From a virus: DNA of 64,000 nt. This document shows, one piece after another, positions 30,398 to 40,435 of the stretch. The position numbers were made by a program, and so were the translations under genes. The notes under the pieces are model-generated. The model did no database searches. It was not told where the DNA came from and saw nothing but the letters and a program-made list of their open reading frames with translations. The stretch spans positions 74,300 through 138,299 of the IMG/VR virus record IMGVR_UViG_3300006737_000017; one strand, given 5' to 3'. Numbering within the stretch: position 1 is the first letter of the stretch; each line of letters opens with the position of its first letter.

Positions 30398-31537
30398 ATG
30401 GCAACAGTAACAATGACAAATGGGCATAGGTATAAATTTGCAGCTTCGGCTGGAGCACCTGTGTTAGTAGAATCTTCAGACAATGTAGGAGATGTAAATT
30501 ATTTCCACAACGCAGTTCACATGGAAGACATAGAGGCCGATCAAGGAAGTTTAGGGTTTCTTACGGTTAAAGGTGATAATGGTAATACAAGTTATGGACC
30601 TCAAATATTATGTTGGAATATTGGATCAGGTGATGCAGGAATAAGCTTTAGATGCGATAGCCAATACTGGACAATTGGACAAGACAATAGCGATGGAAAT
30701 AGCTTTGGTATTTATGAATCATATGTTATGGGTAGTTTACGTGCAATAGGTATAGATACATCTAGAAATGTTACTATTGACAATGATTTATATGTAAACG
30801 ATTATGCTAGAATAGATGCATTAAGAGTAGGGACTACTTCTACTGACCCAGGAGATGGCAATTTATACGTTGAAAATGATATTACATTGAAAGCTGGAGG
30901 AGATATACTTTTCGAAGCTGGTAATGGTCAAATAAGTTGGACGCATGCTGGGTCTGGTGGTAATCATGATTATTTGAAAATGGCTCAAGGAAATGAAGAT
31001 AGAGCTTATATAAAATTGTTTGATTATGGAAACGAACATTCGCAAAGAGCTTATTTCTTTTATGATACAGATACTAATTTTATAGGAATACAACAACACA
31101 GAGACGATTCGGGCACTAGCCATTGGCCAGTATTCTACGTTAATCAATATGGAACTGTATATGCTACAGGTACTTACAATCAAACTTCAGATGAAAGGTT
31201 AAAGGAAGAAGTAAAAACTATTGAAAGTTCATTGGATACAATAAAAAAGTTAAGAGGGGTAAGCTTTACTTGGAACGATAAATCCTCAACACCTGGTGTA
31301 AAATCTTTTGGTATGATAGCTCAAGAAACAGAAACTGTAATTCCAGAATTAGTTAATACTGAAACAAAATTGGCAACAAAAAATGACAGCCCTGATAATA
31401 CACCAACTTCTAATATAGATAATGCAAAAAGTATATCTTATGCAAATCTAGCTGGTCATTTTGTAGAAGCAATTAAAGAACAACAAGTAATTATAGAAGA
31501 TTTGAAAGCTAGAATAATAGCATTAGAGGCTAAATAA
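30398..31537 (+). CDS. Tail fibre/spike with C-terminal intramolecular chaperone (peptidase S74)
   Basis: SDERLKEEV...LRGVSFTW...GMIAQE...PELV...EAIKEQQ coiled coil. Confidence 0.9.
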   Translation: MATVTMTNGHRYKFAASAGAPVLVESSDNVGDVNYFHNAVHMEDIEADQGSLGFLTVKGDNGNTSYGPQILCWNIGSGDAGISFRCDSQYWTIGQDNSDGNSFGIYESYVMGSLRAIGIDTSRNVTIDNDLYVNDYARIDALRVGTTSTDPGDGNLYVENDITLKAGGDILFEAGNGQISWTHAGSGGNHDYLKMAQGNEDRAYIKLFDYGNEHSQRAYFFYDTDTNFIGIQQHRDDSGTSHWPVFYVNQYGTVYATGTYNQTSDERLKEEVKTIESSLDTIKKLRGVSFTWNDKSSTPGVKSFGMIAQETETVIPELVNTETKLATKNDSPDNTPTSNIDNAKSISYANLAGHFVEAIKEQQVIIEDLKARIIALEAK

Positions 31538-31695
31538 TGAAAGAGAATAAATCTAAAGGTTTGGGTGATACTATAGCAAAAATAACAAAAGCTACAGGTA
31601 TTCAAAAAATAGTTAAAAAAACTATTGGTAATGATTGTGGCTGCGACGAAAGACAGGAACTATTGAATAAGAAATTCCCTTATAAGAAAGGTTAG
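31537..31695 (+). CDS. 52-aa CGC-motif protein (absent from the ORF track)
   Basis: MKENKSKGLGDTIAKITKATGIQKIVKKTIGNDCGCDERQELLNKKFPYKKG; its start overlaps the previous stop (TAATG). Confidence 0.75.
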   Translation: MKENKSKGLGDTIAKITKATGIQKIVKKTIGNDCGCDERQELLNKKFPYKKG

Positions 31696-31708
31696 ATGAT
31701 ATTTATAT

Positions 31709-32002
31709 ATGGCACAAAAAGTAAAATGGGAAGAAGCTAATTTTAAGTGGAATGATAACCCTCATCTATGGGATCTAGTACAGATAATAGAAGAGGTTAC
31801 TACCACTGGAGGAGCAATAGCTCCAGAATTAGTTAAAAAGTTAGATAAGAAGAAAAAAAAGAAACTAGTCCGTTTAATAATGCACAAAAACGGTACAAAA
31901 ATCTATGACGAAGAAAAAGAAGTTAAAAGCTTACATCTTAAAGTAAAAGACATAGAAATAATAGCCGAGGAGATAAAAAGACATGTACAAATTATACACT
32001 GA
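31709..32002 (+). CDS. Hypothetical protein
   Basis: 97 aa ORF with a Lys run. Confidence 0.6.
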   Translation: MAQKVKWEEANFKWNDNPHLWDLVQIIEEVTTTGGAIAPELVKKLDKKKKKKLVRLIMHKNGTKIYDEEKEVKSLHLKVKDIEIIAEEIKRHVQIIH

Positions 32003-32543
32003 TAAAATAGAAAACTTTGAAGCAAAAATTGAGTTACAAGGAGCTTCATTAAAAAAGTCTAAAGCTAGGTTGGTAATTGAAGCAGAAGATTTTAATATAA
32101 TGTTTAATGGTAAAATTTCTGAGTCTGGTAATGTTAGTGTACCCGTTAAAAGATTAAAGGGTTTAATAGATGAAAATAGCAAAGGATCTATTAAATTAGA
32201 AGTAATTGCTGAAGATACATTTTTTACACCTTGGGAATCTACTTTCAAAGTAGAAGCAAGTAAAAAAGTTACAGTAGAAGTTAAATCTCAATCTTCTCCT
32301 TCTTTAGTAGAAAATAACTCAAAAGTAGAAATATTATCACAACCAACGTTAACAGAAAAAGAACATGTAATTAATTTGTTAAAAATGTTAATAAAAGAAA
32401 ATATAAACATTAAGAATCTTTCTATAAAGAAAACTGAGGTTAATACTATAGTAGCTGAATATATCCAAGCTAATCCTATAAATGATAATCAAAAAACGCC
32501 AATTATAGAGAAAGTAGTAAAGATATTAGAAAAACGTAAATAG
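31983..32543 (+). CDS. Hypothetical protein (beta-rich N-terminal domain)
   Basis: 186 aa ORF overlapping the previous gene. Confidence 0.65.
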   Translation: MYKLYTDKIENFEAKIELQGASLKKSKARLVIEAEDFNIMFNGKISESGNVSVPVKRLKGLIDENSKGSIKLEVIAEDTFFTPWESTFKVEASKKVTVEVKSQSSPSLVENNSKVEILSQPTLTEKEHVINLLKMLIKENINIKNLSIKKTEVNTIVAEYIQANPINDNQKTPIIEKVVKILEKRK

Positions 32544-32552
32544 AGGTTATAA

Positions 32553-35500
32553 ATGGCTGGATCAGACGACTTTACAGGCCAAAATATTCAAGACACTTAT
32601 CAAAGGGTTTTGCAATTATCATCGAGCGGAGCAGTTGCAGATGGTACAGGATCTTTAGTGCCACTGTTAAGAGTAACATCTTCATATGCTGTTTCATCTT
32701 CAGTCGAGATATTAAAGGAGCTATCTTCTTCATATGCAGAAACCGCAAGTTTTGCAAATAGCTTTGAAGTTACAGGACCACTTACAGCAAGCAATATAAG
32801 CGCAAGTGGTAGAGTAACTACATCAGATATTACATTGTTTAATACTAATGCTGGAAACCAAGAGATAGCTTGGTTCGGTGGAACAAATCAAGACGTTGAA
32901 AAAATCTATTGGGATGGTAACAATATAAATATTACTATACAAGACGAGGATATATTGCAAACTCATGTAGGAGGTGTAAACGTTAAAGGTACTTTAAGCG
33001 CAAGTACTGCAGTAAATACCGAAAAGATTATAACTACAAATAGTAATAATAACATAGAAATAAACCCAGCTGGTACAGGTGAAATAGATTTAGTAACTGG
33101 TAAAGTAAACATAAAAACTTCTGGGCCATTAGTACTACCTAAATTAAATTTATACAATAATGCTGGAACGTATTCTCAATCTATAAGTTGGACTCCCAGT
33201 TCAAACAAGCTTATTTCCATCCCAGACGAAGCTGGATCATTTGTAATAGAATCTCCTGGTAATGTAATATCAACAACTGCAATAAGCGCATCTGGTATTG
33301 TTTCTTCAAGTGGACTAAGATTACCAAACGGAGGAGCAATAACTTGGGGAGGTGTTGGTTACGCTTTATCAGTAACAAATAATAATCTGCAATTAGGATC
33401 AGGAGCTAACGTTGATGTAGAAGGTTATTTATCTGTCGGGGGAGCTATTACTTCATCAGCAGTATCATCTAGCGGTTTAATTGAAGCTAATAATATATTA
33501 TCTTCTGGCAGACTTTATTTTGGAGAATTTGGCGGATCTAACAAATTTTTTGGTATATCTGGAACTGGGTTAGCCCTTGAAAATACCTCATACCTTAAAA
33601 CGCCTTCTATAACTGCTTCCGGTGATATATCTACAAGTGCAGATCTTAAAGGTGGTAATTTATATTTAGGTCATAGTTCAAGAACCATAGCTAACACTGG
33701 TCACAGTAGTATAGGTAATCTTAATGTAAATGCTTCAAGAATTTTATATTTGCAACATGCGGAAGGATACAATTGTGCTATCGGAGGATATGAAGCACAA
33801 GAAACATTAATAGTTGAAGGTCAAAATGCTCAACAATCAGTTACGATTACAGCTAATAAAGGTCTTACAGTAAATGGAGCAATTACTTCATCTGGTAATA
33901 TAAGTTCAAGTGGTAATATCATAACGGAAAATGCACAAATCGCAACAAATTTATCAGTTGGCGGTTTTATTACTTCAAATATTGATAACACATTTGGAAA
34001 TATATTTTCTGTAGCTACAACAAACCTAACAGCTTCAAGTAATATAAGTGCAAGTGGTAATGTATATGCTCATTCGGCATTTCTTCCGAATGGTGCTTCA
34101 ATTCAATTTGCTGATGAAACAGCTAATGAAGTAAGATTAAGAGGAGTTCAAGGAGCATTAGCAATAATGAGTGGTTCTAATACGGGTATAAGTATTAATC
34201 CAGGTGTAGGCCACATAACAGCATCAGGACATATAAGTTCAAGTGCAAATATTTATGGACAAGGGTATTATCTAAACGATGTTTCAATTTTAACTGAAAA
34301 TTCAAATATAGTTTATATAGGAGATACTGCAGCAGGTTCAGATTTTGATAGAGTAGAAGTATTACACCCATTAAGAACTCATCATCCAATAACAGCTTCA
34401 GCAGTTATTAGTCAAAGCGATATCGGCCATGCTACAAATATATTAGGTGGTGATTTACTTGTTTATGGTAAAATAAAATCTGTTGGTTCAGAACTTACGA
34501 TTATGTCTGGGTCGATAACAGCTTCTGCAAATATATCAACCTCTGCAGCTGTACAAGCTTTAACAGGTTCATTCGGTACTAATACTACAACTATAACAGA
34601 TAGAATAGAAACTACAGGCTTTATTAGTACAACAACTGGACTTCAAGCTCCGGGACTTACTGCATCTCATAAATTATTACAACTGGGATCAGCGGTAGAT
34701 ACAAGACAAGAATTAGTAGTTTATGGAAAGATAGAACAAAAAGGATCAGGCCTAACTATTATGTCTGGTTCTATAACGGCTTCATCAGATATTTCAATGT
34801 CTGGAGACAGTAGTATTATAACTAGGACAGGATCTTTCAATCATATTATTACAGACGGAAATACTATTGAATTTAGAAATGCAGGGACTGGAGCAAAAGA
34901 AGGTTCGTTAAAGTTTGATTCAACAAATGGTTTACAAGTAAAAGATGAAAATGATGCAGAAGGTAAATTAAAAAGTAAATTTATAACTGCAACTGAAACT
35001 TTAATTTCTACGGGTAATGCAGAGTTTACAGGACCACTAACTGCATCAGGTGATATTAGTGCAAGTGGTACAATTAGAACTAGTGGAAACATCTTATCTA
35101 GTGGAGCAATAACAGCAAATTCAATAGCAGCACCAGGGTTCACAGCATCCCATAGATTATTACAATTAGGCTCAGAAGTTGATACAAAACAGGAATTAAT
35201 AGTTTACGGAAAGATACAACAAAAAGGTTCTGGTTTAACGATTATGTCTGGGTCGATAACCGCTTCTGCTGACATTTCAATGTCTGGACCTGGTAGACAG
35301 ATTATTACAGAAACAGGATCTTTCAACCATATAATCACAGATGGTGATACTATTGAATTTAGAAATAAAGGAACTGGTGCTAAAATGGGATCGTTAAAAT
35401 TTGATACAAGTAACGGTTTACAAGTTAAAGCAGCAGACGATTCTTCTGGTAAAACAAAAATAGGAGTTTTAGATGTAGATGATCAGTTCGTAGTTTCCGG

Positions 35501-37259
35501 AGATCAGGCAAGATTCGATGCACCAGTCACAGCTTCTATAATAAGTTGTAGTACAGAAGCAACAATGGGTGCTATGTCTGTAAGAGGAGCACTTGAAAGT
35601 TTTAATACTATAGAATCTTCAAAATTTATTACATCTCAACAAGGTCTAAGAGCACCGGGCTTTACTGCATCAGCAAAATTATTGCAATTAGGAGCAGCAG
35701 ATAATGAAAGACAAGAATTAATTGTTTTTGGTAAATTGCAAATAAAAGGATCTGATATTACTATGATGTCCGGTTCTATTACGGCATCTTCTGATATAAG
35801 TACAAGCGCTGGTGTAGTAGCTTTATCTGGTTCATTCGGAACTGGAACAACTACAATCACCGATAGAATACAAACATCTGGTGATATACAATCCTCTGGG
35901 GAAATTACTGGAACTGTTGTAAATGGTACAAAGGGTGTATTCTCTGATGACATGGTTGTTGCAAATAGAATACAAACGAACCTAGAATTCAGAGCTCCAG
36001 GCTTTACTGCATCAAATAAATTATTACAACTGGGAGCACCAGACAATGAAAGACAAGAATTAATCATTCATGGTATAATTAGACAAAAGGGTTCTGAACT
36101 TACAATAATGTCAGGATCTATTACAGCTTCTGGTGATATAAGCTCAAGTGCAACAATTGCAGGATTAACAGGTTCGTTCGGAACTGGTACTACAACGATA
36201 ACAGATTACATACATACAACCGGAACTGTATCTGGTAGTGGTATTCTAACTTCTGGAAATGTAACAGCATTAGGAGGCATTGCAACCGATGGAGAAGTAG
36301 AAGCAGTTACAGTGTCAGCTGGTTCTGGAGGAGTTAGTTCAAAGGGTACAATTACTACTCAAGGTCTAATAAACGCAGGTACTGGTTTAAGAGCTCCCGG
36401 CTTTACAGCTTCACATAAACTATTACAAATAGGTTCAGCGGTAGATACAAAACAAGAATTAATTGTTCACGGAAAATTACAAGTAAGAGGTTCAGACTTT
36501 ACAATTATGTCTGGGTCAATAACAGCTTCAGGTGATATTTCTGCATCGGGTAACGTAATGGCTGGTGGAGGAGGAACAGGATCCTTTGATCATATAATAA
36601 CTTCACAAAATACTATTGAATTTAGAAACCCTGGAACTAAATCACCAGTTGGGTTTGTAAGCTTTGATGCAACAAATGGTATGCAACCAATGGATGCTTC
36701 AAGAGCAAATCTTCCAAGATTAGCAGATAAATTTGCAACAGCAAGAACAATAGATGGTGTAAGCTTTGACGGATCTGCAAATATAACTACTAATCAGTAT
36801 ATGGGTACAACCCAATTTCAAAAGGTTTTAATGAATGAATTCAATTATCAAACTAACGATTATGTAAGTTTATTAATTGGACCTAAATTCATATATCTAA
36901 CAAATCTTAATGAAGAAAAAGCAACTACTATTTATGCTACTGTTCAAATACCAATTGGAAGAACCTTAACAGCAGTAGCTCCTTTTGGTTCAACTGCTCC
37001 AGCTAACTCTGTTGCTAAAAATTATGTAACCTTAAGAGGGATTAATATTGATGGAACTTATAACTCAGACCCAATAACGTTTATTAGAAAATTGAAAACC
37101 GTTGTTCCTGAGCTTACTTTGCTAGGCATGGAATATCCAGTAGATGCAACAACGGCTAAAAAACCAAAGCATGAATCCACTAGAAATAATTATTTGATGA
37201 TAGGAGTAGTATTACAACCAGGAGCTAACTTTAGAGGATTGGTACTAACTTACTCTTAA
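32553..37259 (+). CDS. Long repetitive fibre protein
   Basis: ITASGDISASG repeats, three repeated module types, and the fibre motif ADKFATARTIDGVSFDGSANIT. Confidence 0.75.
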   Translation: MAGSDDFTGQNIQDTYQRVLQLSSSGAVADGTGSLVPLLRVTSSYAVSSSVEILKELSSSYAETASFANSFEVTGPLTASNISASGRVTTSDITLFNTNAGNQEIAWFGGTNQDVEKIYWDGNNINITIQDEDILQTHVGGVNVKGTLSASTAVNTEKIITTNSNNNIEINPAGTGEIDLVTGKVNIKTSGPLVLPKLNLYNNAGTYSQSISWTPSSNKLISIPDEAGSFVIESPGNVISTTAISASGIVSSSGLRLPNGGAITWGGVGYALSVTNNNLQLGSGANVDVEGYLSVGGAITSSAVSSSGLIEANNILSSGRLYFGEFGGSNKFFGISGTGLALENTSYLKTPSITASGDISTSADLKGGNLYLGHSSRTIANTGHSSIGNLNVNASRILYLQHAEGYNCAIGGYEAQETLIVEGQNAQQSVTITANKGLTVNGAITSSGNISSSGNIITENAQIATNLSVGGFITSNIDNTFGNIFSVATTNLTASSNISASGNVYAHSAFLPNGASIQFADETANEVRLRGVQGALAIMSGSNTGISINPGVGHITASGHISSSANIYGQGYYLNDVSILTENSNIVYIGDTAAGSDFDRVEVLHPLRTHHPITASAVISQSDIGHATNILGGDLLVYGKIKSVGSELTIMSGSITASANISTSAAVQALTGSFGTNTTTITDRIETTGFISTTTGLQAPGLTASHKLLQLGSAVDTRQELVVYGKIEQKGSGLTIMSGSITASSDISMSGDSSIITRTGSFNHIITDGNTIEFRNAGTGAKEGSLKFDSTNGLQVKDENDAEGKLKSKFITATETLISTGNAEFTGPLTASGDISASGTIRTSGNILSSGAITANSIAAPGFTASHRLLQLGSEVDTKQELIVYGKIQQKGSGLTIMSGSITASADISMSGPGRQIITETGSFNHIITDGDTIEFRNKGTGAKMGSLKFDTSNGLQVKAADDSSGKTKIGVLDVDDQFVVSGDQARFDAPVTASIISCSTEATMGAMSVRGALESFNTIESSKFITSQQGLRAPGFTASAKLLQLGAADNERQELIVFGKLQIKGSDITMMSGSITASSDISTSAGVVALSGSFGTGTTTITDRIQTSGDIQSSGEITGTVVNGTKGVFSDDMVVANRIQTNLEFRAPGFTASNKLLQLGAPDNERQELIIHGIIRQKGSELTIMSGSITASGDISSSATIAGLTGSFGTGTTTITDYIHTTGTVSGSGILTSGNVTALGGIATDGEVEAVTVSAGSGGVSSKGTITTQGLINAGTGLRAPGFTASHKLLQIGSAVDTKQELIVHGKLQVRGSDFTIMSGSITASGDISASGNVMAGGGGTGSFDHIITSQNTIEFRNPGTKSPVGFVSFDATNGMQPMDASRANLPRLADKFATARTIDGVSFDGSANITTNQYMGTTQFQKVLMNEFNYQTNDYVSLLIGPKFIYLTNLNEEKATTIYATVQIPIGRTLTAVAPFGSTAPANSVAKNYVTLRGINIDGTYNSDPITFIRKLKTVVPELTLLGMEYPVDATTAKKPKHESTRNNYLMIGVVLQPGANFRGLVLTYS
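34450..36690 (+). repeat. Intragenic modular repeats A'-C-A-B-A-B-A-C-A-C-A-B (approximate bounds)
   Basis: A=APGFTAS.KLLQLG..QEL..GK..GS.LTIMSGSITAS; B=TGSF.HIIT..TIEFRN; C=GSFGT.TTTITD. Confidence 0.85.
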
Positions 37260-37265
37260 TAGACT

Positions 37266-37275
37266 GATATTTATA
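37266..37275 (+). promoter_or_regulatory. Putative late promoter (probably leaderless transcript)
   Basis: GATATTTATA, then 4 nt, then ATG 37280; no SD. Confidence 0.65.
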
Positions 37276-37279
37276 CTAT

Positions 37280-37984
37280 ATGATAAAATTAAAAGACATA
37301 ATAACAGAAGGAGTCTATGATCCAGGAATATTCAAAGCAGTATTTACTGCAGGTGGTCCTGGTAGTGGAAAGTCTTATACTGCTTCAACATTGTTTGGCA
37401 TGCCTGAAAAAATGCCCTATGTTTCTGCAAAAGGATTAAAGGGTGTAAATTCAGATTCGGCATTTGAAACTTATTTAGATAAAGCCGGTTTATCTCAAGA
37501 TATAAAATCCTTGAATGCAGACGAATATGCAAAAGCAATGGAATTAAGAAATCAAGCAAAACGTGTAACTGTAAAAAGAATGCACAGTTATATAAATGGA
37601 AAACTTGGTATGTTAATAGATGGAACGGGAAAAAATTATGATAAAATTGCAAATATGAAAAAGCAATTGCAATTACACGGTTACGATTGTTATATGATAT
37701 TTGTAAATACTACTTTAGAAGTAGCAATAGAAAGAAATGATAAAAGACCAAGAAAAGTTCCTTTAGATATATTGAAAAAATCTTGGAAAGATGTACAAAA
37801 CAATTTAGGCAGATTCCAAACGCTATTTGGTGCAAGTCAAATATTAATAGTTGACAATTCAACTTACAAAGAGTTTTCATCAGTGGTTAAAAAAGCAGCT
37901 TCAAGTTTTGTAAACAAACCTATCAAAAATCACATTGCTAAAAAATGGATAAAAAAAGAATTAGAACTAAAGAAGAAAATATGA
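37280..37984 (+). CDS. Zeta-toxin-like P-loop kinase, paralog 1
   Basis: AGGPGSGKS, VNSD, LIDGTG, MIFVNT.LEVAIERN..R.R. Confidence 0.8.
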   Translation: MIKLKDIITEGVYDPGIFKAVFTAGGPGSGKSYTASTLFGMPEKMPYVSAKGLKGVNSDSAFETYLDKAGLSQDIKSLNADEYAKAMELRNQAKRVTVKRMHSYINGKLGMLIDGTGKNYDKIANMKKQLQLHGYDCYMIFVNTTLEVAIERNDKRPRKVPLDILKKSWKDVQNNLGRFQTLFGASQILIVDNSTYKEFSSVVKKAASSFVNKPIKNHIAKKWIKKELELKKKI

Positions 37985-39150
37985 ATTTAGGTCAATGGCT
38001 AGCAGATAATATATTAGAAGATGAAATAGTAGATTTCGTTTCAACTGGTAAAGTTAATTCTTTACTAGAAGTAAATTCTATAGGTTCTGCTGAAGTAGAT
38101 GATGGGCCAACAACTTTTTACAAGTCATATAAAGAATATGAAAAATTTACAAAAGCTCAAGCTGAAAAGATGGGAATGAAAGTTATAAATTTTGTAATTG
38201 GTGAAAACCCATTAGATACTAGTTATACAAATTCTAATATGCCAACATATTTTCCAGCTGGTATACCGGGAGAATCAACTCCAGCAGGTGGTAAAGATTA
38301 CAAATTTACTAAAGCGTATTCTTTATGGAGAAAGCGTATAAAGGACATAGCATTATTGGTTGGCTTTGAATTTTTAGATCACTTAGAGAAAAAAGAAATA
38401 CCTTCGAAAACTCCAAGTAACGATAAGATAGATGAACCAGTAAAACCTTCAAGCAATCCTCTAACAGAGGCTGTAAAGAACGAGCATGCATTCAAAGCTA
38501 TATTCTTAGCTGGAGGTCCAGGATCTGGTAAATCAACAGTAATAAATAAATTATTTGGAATACCACCAAAGAATAAAGTACAATCGGGCCTAACTACAGC
38601 AGGGTTAAAGATAGTAAATTCAGATTCAGCTTATGAATATCTAAAAGCAAAAAATAAAATACCTCCATCGGAAAACGATATGACTGATGCTCAAAGATCA
38701 ATGGGCGGCAAGCTAATGGCTAAGTCTGTAAAGATTGCAAAGAAACAATTGGAAAATTATTTAGATGGAAAGCTTGGTATTATAATAGATGGAACTGGAG
38801 CTTCGTCAAATGCTCTTGGAAAAAAGAAAGCAAGAATAGAAGATTTAGGATACGATTGTTATATGATATTTGTATCTACTTCTTTAGAAACTGCTTTAGA
38901 AAGAAATAGAAATAGAAAAGAAAGAACATTGCTAGATAAGGTAGTTGAAAGATCTTGGCAAGCGGTTATGGATAATTTGAAAACTTATAAATCTATGTTT
39001 GGTTCAAATTTTGCAGAAGTATCAACAGAAGGAAAGGAATCAGACAAATTACCACCTGGAGTTAAATCTGGTATAAATAAGTTTTTAAGAAAACCTCCAA
39101 AAAATAAAGTAGCTAAAAAATGGCTTAAACATGCAAGGGAGTTGTTATAA
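37981..39150 (+). CDS. Zeta-toxin-like P-loop kinase, paralog 2, with extra N-terminal domain
   Basis: Same motifs (AGGPGSGKS, VNSD, IIDGTG, MIFVST.LETALERN). Start at ATG 37981 inferred from an ATGA overlap. Confidence 0.8.
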   Translation: MNLGQWLADNILEDEIVDFVSTGKVNSLLEVNSIGSAEVDDGPTTFYKSYKEYEKFTKAQAEKMGMKVINFVIGENPLDTSYTNSNMPTYFPAGIPGESTPAGGKDYKFTKAYSLWRKRIKDIALLVGFEFLDHLEKKEIPSKTPSNDKIDEPVKPSSNPLTEAVKNEHAFKAIFLAGGPGSGKSTVINKLFGIPPKNKVQSGLTTAGLKIVNSDSAYEYLKAKNKIPPSENDMTDAQRSMGGKLMAKSVKIAKKQLENYLDGKLGIIIDGTGASSNALGKKKARIEDLGYDCYMIFVSTSLETALERNRNRKERTLLDKVVERSWQAVMDNLKTYKSMFGSNFAEVSTEGKESDKLPPGVKSGINKFLRKPPKNKVAKKWLKHARELL

Positions 39151-39725
39151 TGAGAAAAGCAATAGATGATGCAAAAGTTCAGAGAATGAGAAATTTAGTA
39201 TCTGGGAACTATACATCTAAAACTAAAATAAGAAGTGGATATACGAAAAAAAGAATCGTAAGAAAAGAAGGTGATGTTTGGGAAGAGAACAAAAAAACTT
39301 GGACTATAAAAAACGGAATTAAACAGACAATAAATAAACTTGATAAGATAAGAGTAGAAAGTACAGTTCCTTTATGTTGTCCTAAATGCAATAAGAGAAT
39401 GAAGCACGAAGCTGATAAATTTGCATATAGTCACTTTAAGTTTTGCATGAATTGCTTATCCGAATTTGAAACTTCTATAAAAATGAAAGGAAGAGACAAT
39501 TGGTTTAAGTATAAGAAAGGAGTACAAGATGCTAATTTCCAATCTTGGTTAAAAGAAGTTTCTGGTGAATATGAAGATTTTCTAAAGCATAGAACTTCTA
39601 AGTCTATGATTAGTGAAGCTGGAGATATAGAAGATTGGGGATCTGGTCAAAGTGAAAAGCAATTAAGAGAAAAGTTTGATAAAGAAATTAAAGAAATAAT
39701 GGAAAGAAGAAATGGCAATAAGTAA
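39150..39725 (+). CDS. Zn-finger hypothetical protein
   Basis: CPKC...CMNC. Confidence 0.7.
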   Translation: MRKAIDDAKVQRMRNLVSGNYTSKTKIRSGYTKKRIVRKEGDVWEENKKTWTIKNGIKQTINKLDKIRVESTVPLCCPKCNKRMKHEADKFAYSHFKFCMNCLSEFETSIKMKGRDNWFKYKKGVQDANFQSWLKEVSGEYEDFLKHRTSKSMISEAGDIEDWGSGQSEKQLREKFDKEIKEIMERRNGNK

Positions 39726-40023
39726 AAAACAAATTAAGGAAATCTTAAAAGAAGAATTAATTAGAATTAAAGAAGCTTCAATAACTAGAGGTTTTCAAAA
39801 AGCTATAGAAGCTTACCAGGATGTGCAATTAAAACAGCAACAATTAAGAAAAGCTTTTGTCGCTGAAAAGAATCCAAAAACAAAAGAAAGGCTAAAACAA
39901 CAATTAATAAAAATGCACAAGGTTGTTCAAAAAGCTGAATCTGAATTTCAAAGAGTTCTAAGAGACGAACCAGTAGATTTAGATGAAAAAGTTGTTTGGG
40001 TAGGAAAACGTAAAAATAAATAA
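39712..40023 (+). CDS. Coiled-coil hypothetical protein (candidate head-internal)
   Basis: N-terminal IKEILKEELIRIKE motif. Confidence 0.65.
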   Translation: MAISKKQIKEILKEELIRIKEASITRGFQKAIEAYQDVQLKQQQLRKAFVAEKNPKTKERLKQQLIKMHKVVQKAESEFQRVLRDEPVDLDEKVVWVGKRKNK

Positions 40024-40037
40024 AAGGAGAAAAAGTT

Positions 40038-40433
40038 ATGGGACTAGGATTAGGAAAATTATTTTCAGGTGGCGCCGGAGAACTGGTAGAATCAGTTGGT
40101 GGTGTACTTGATAATCTTACAACTTCAAAAGAAGAAAAGCTAGAAGCAAAGCGTAAAATGAAACAATTAATTTCAGATTACGAAACTAAAATGGAAGAAA
40201 ATATTACAAACCGTTGGACAGCAGATATGAATTCTGATTCTTGGTTAAGTAAAAACGTTAGACCATTAGTATTAATATTTTTAGTAGTATGCACAATGCT
40301 ATTAATATTTATAGATGCAGGTGCAATTAAATTTACAGTAGAAGAAAAATGGACCGATCTTTTACAACTAGTATTGATTACTGTAATCGGTGCTTATTTT
40401 GGTGGTCGTTCATTCGAAAAACGTAAAAAATAA
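40038..40433 (+). CDS. Holin (GTA 3TM-holin-like)
   Basis: D.L.TS.EEK, RW.AD..SDSWLSKNVRP, TM helices, GAYFGGRSFEK. Confidence 0.8.
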   Translation: MGLGLGKLFSGGAGELVESVGGVLDNLTTSKEEKLEAKRKMKQLISDYETKMEENITNRWTADMNSDSWLSKNVRPLVLIFLVVCTMLLIFIDAGAIKFTVEEKWTDLLQLVLITVIGAYFGGRSFEKRKK

Positions 40434-40435
40434 TT

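Noticed and set aside
32553-37259. CRISPR array or diversity-generating retroelement repeats
   Set aside because: The repeats are in-frame protein modules with synonymous divergence. There are no identical repeat-spacer units, no adenine-specific pair was noticed and no reverse transcriptase is in the window.
37280-39150. Classical epsilon-zeta toxin-antitoxin module
   Set aside because: No small upstream antitoxin gene; both ORFs carry kinase domains and sit in a late operon.
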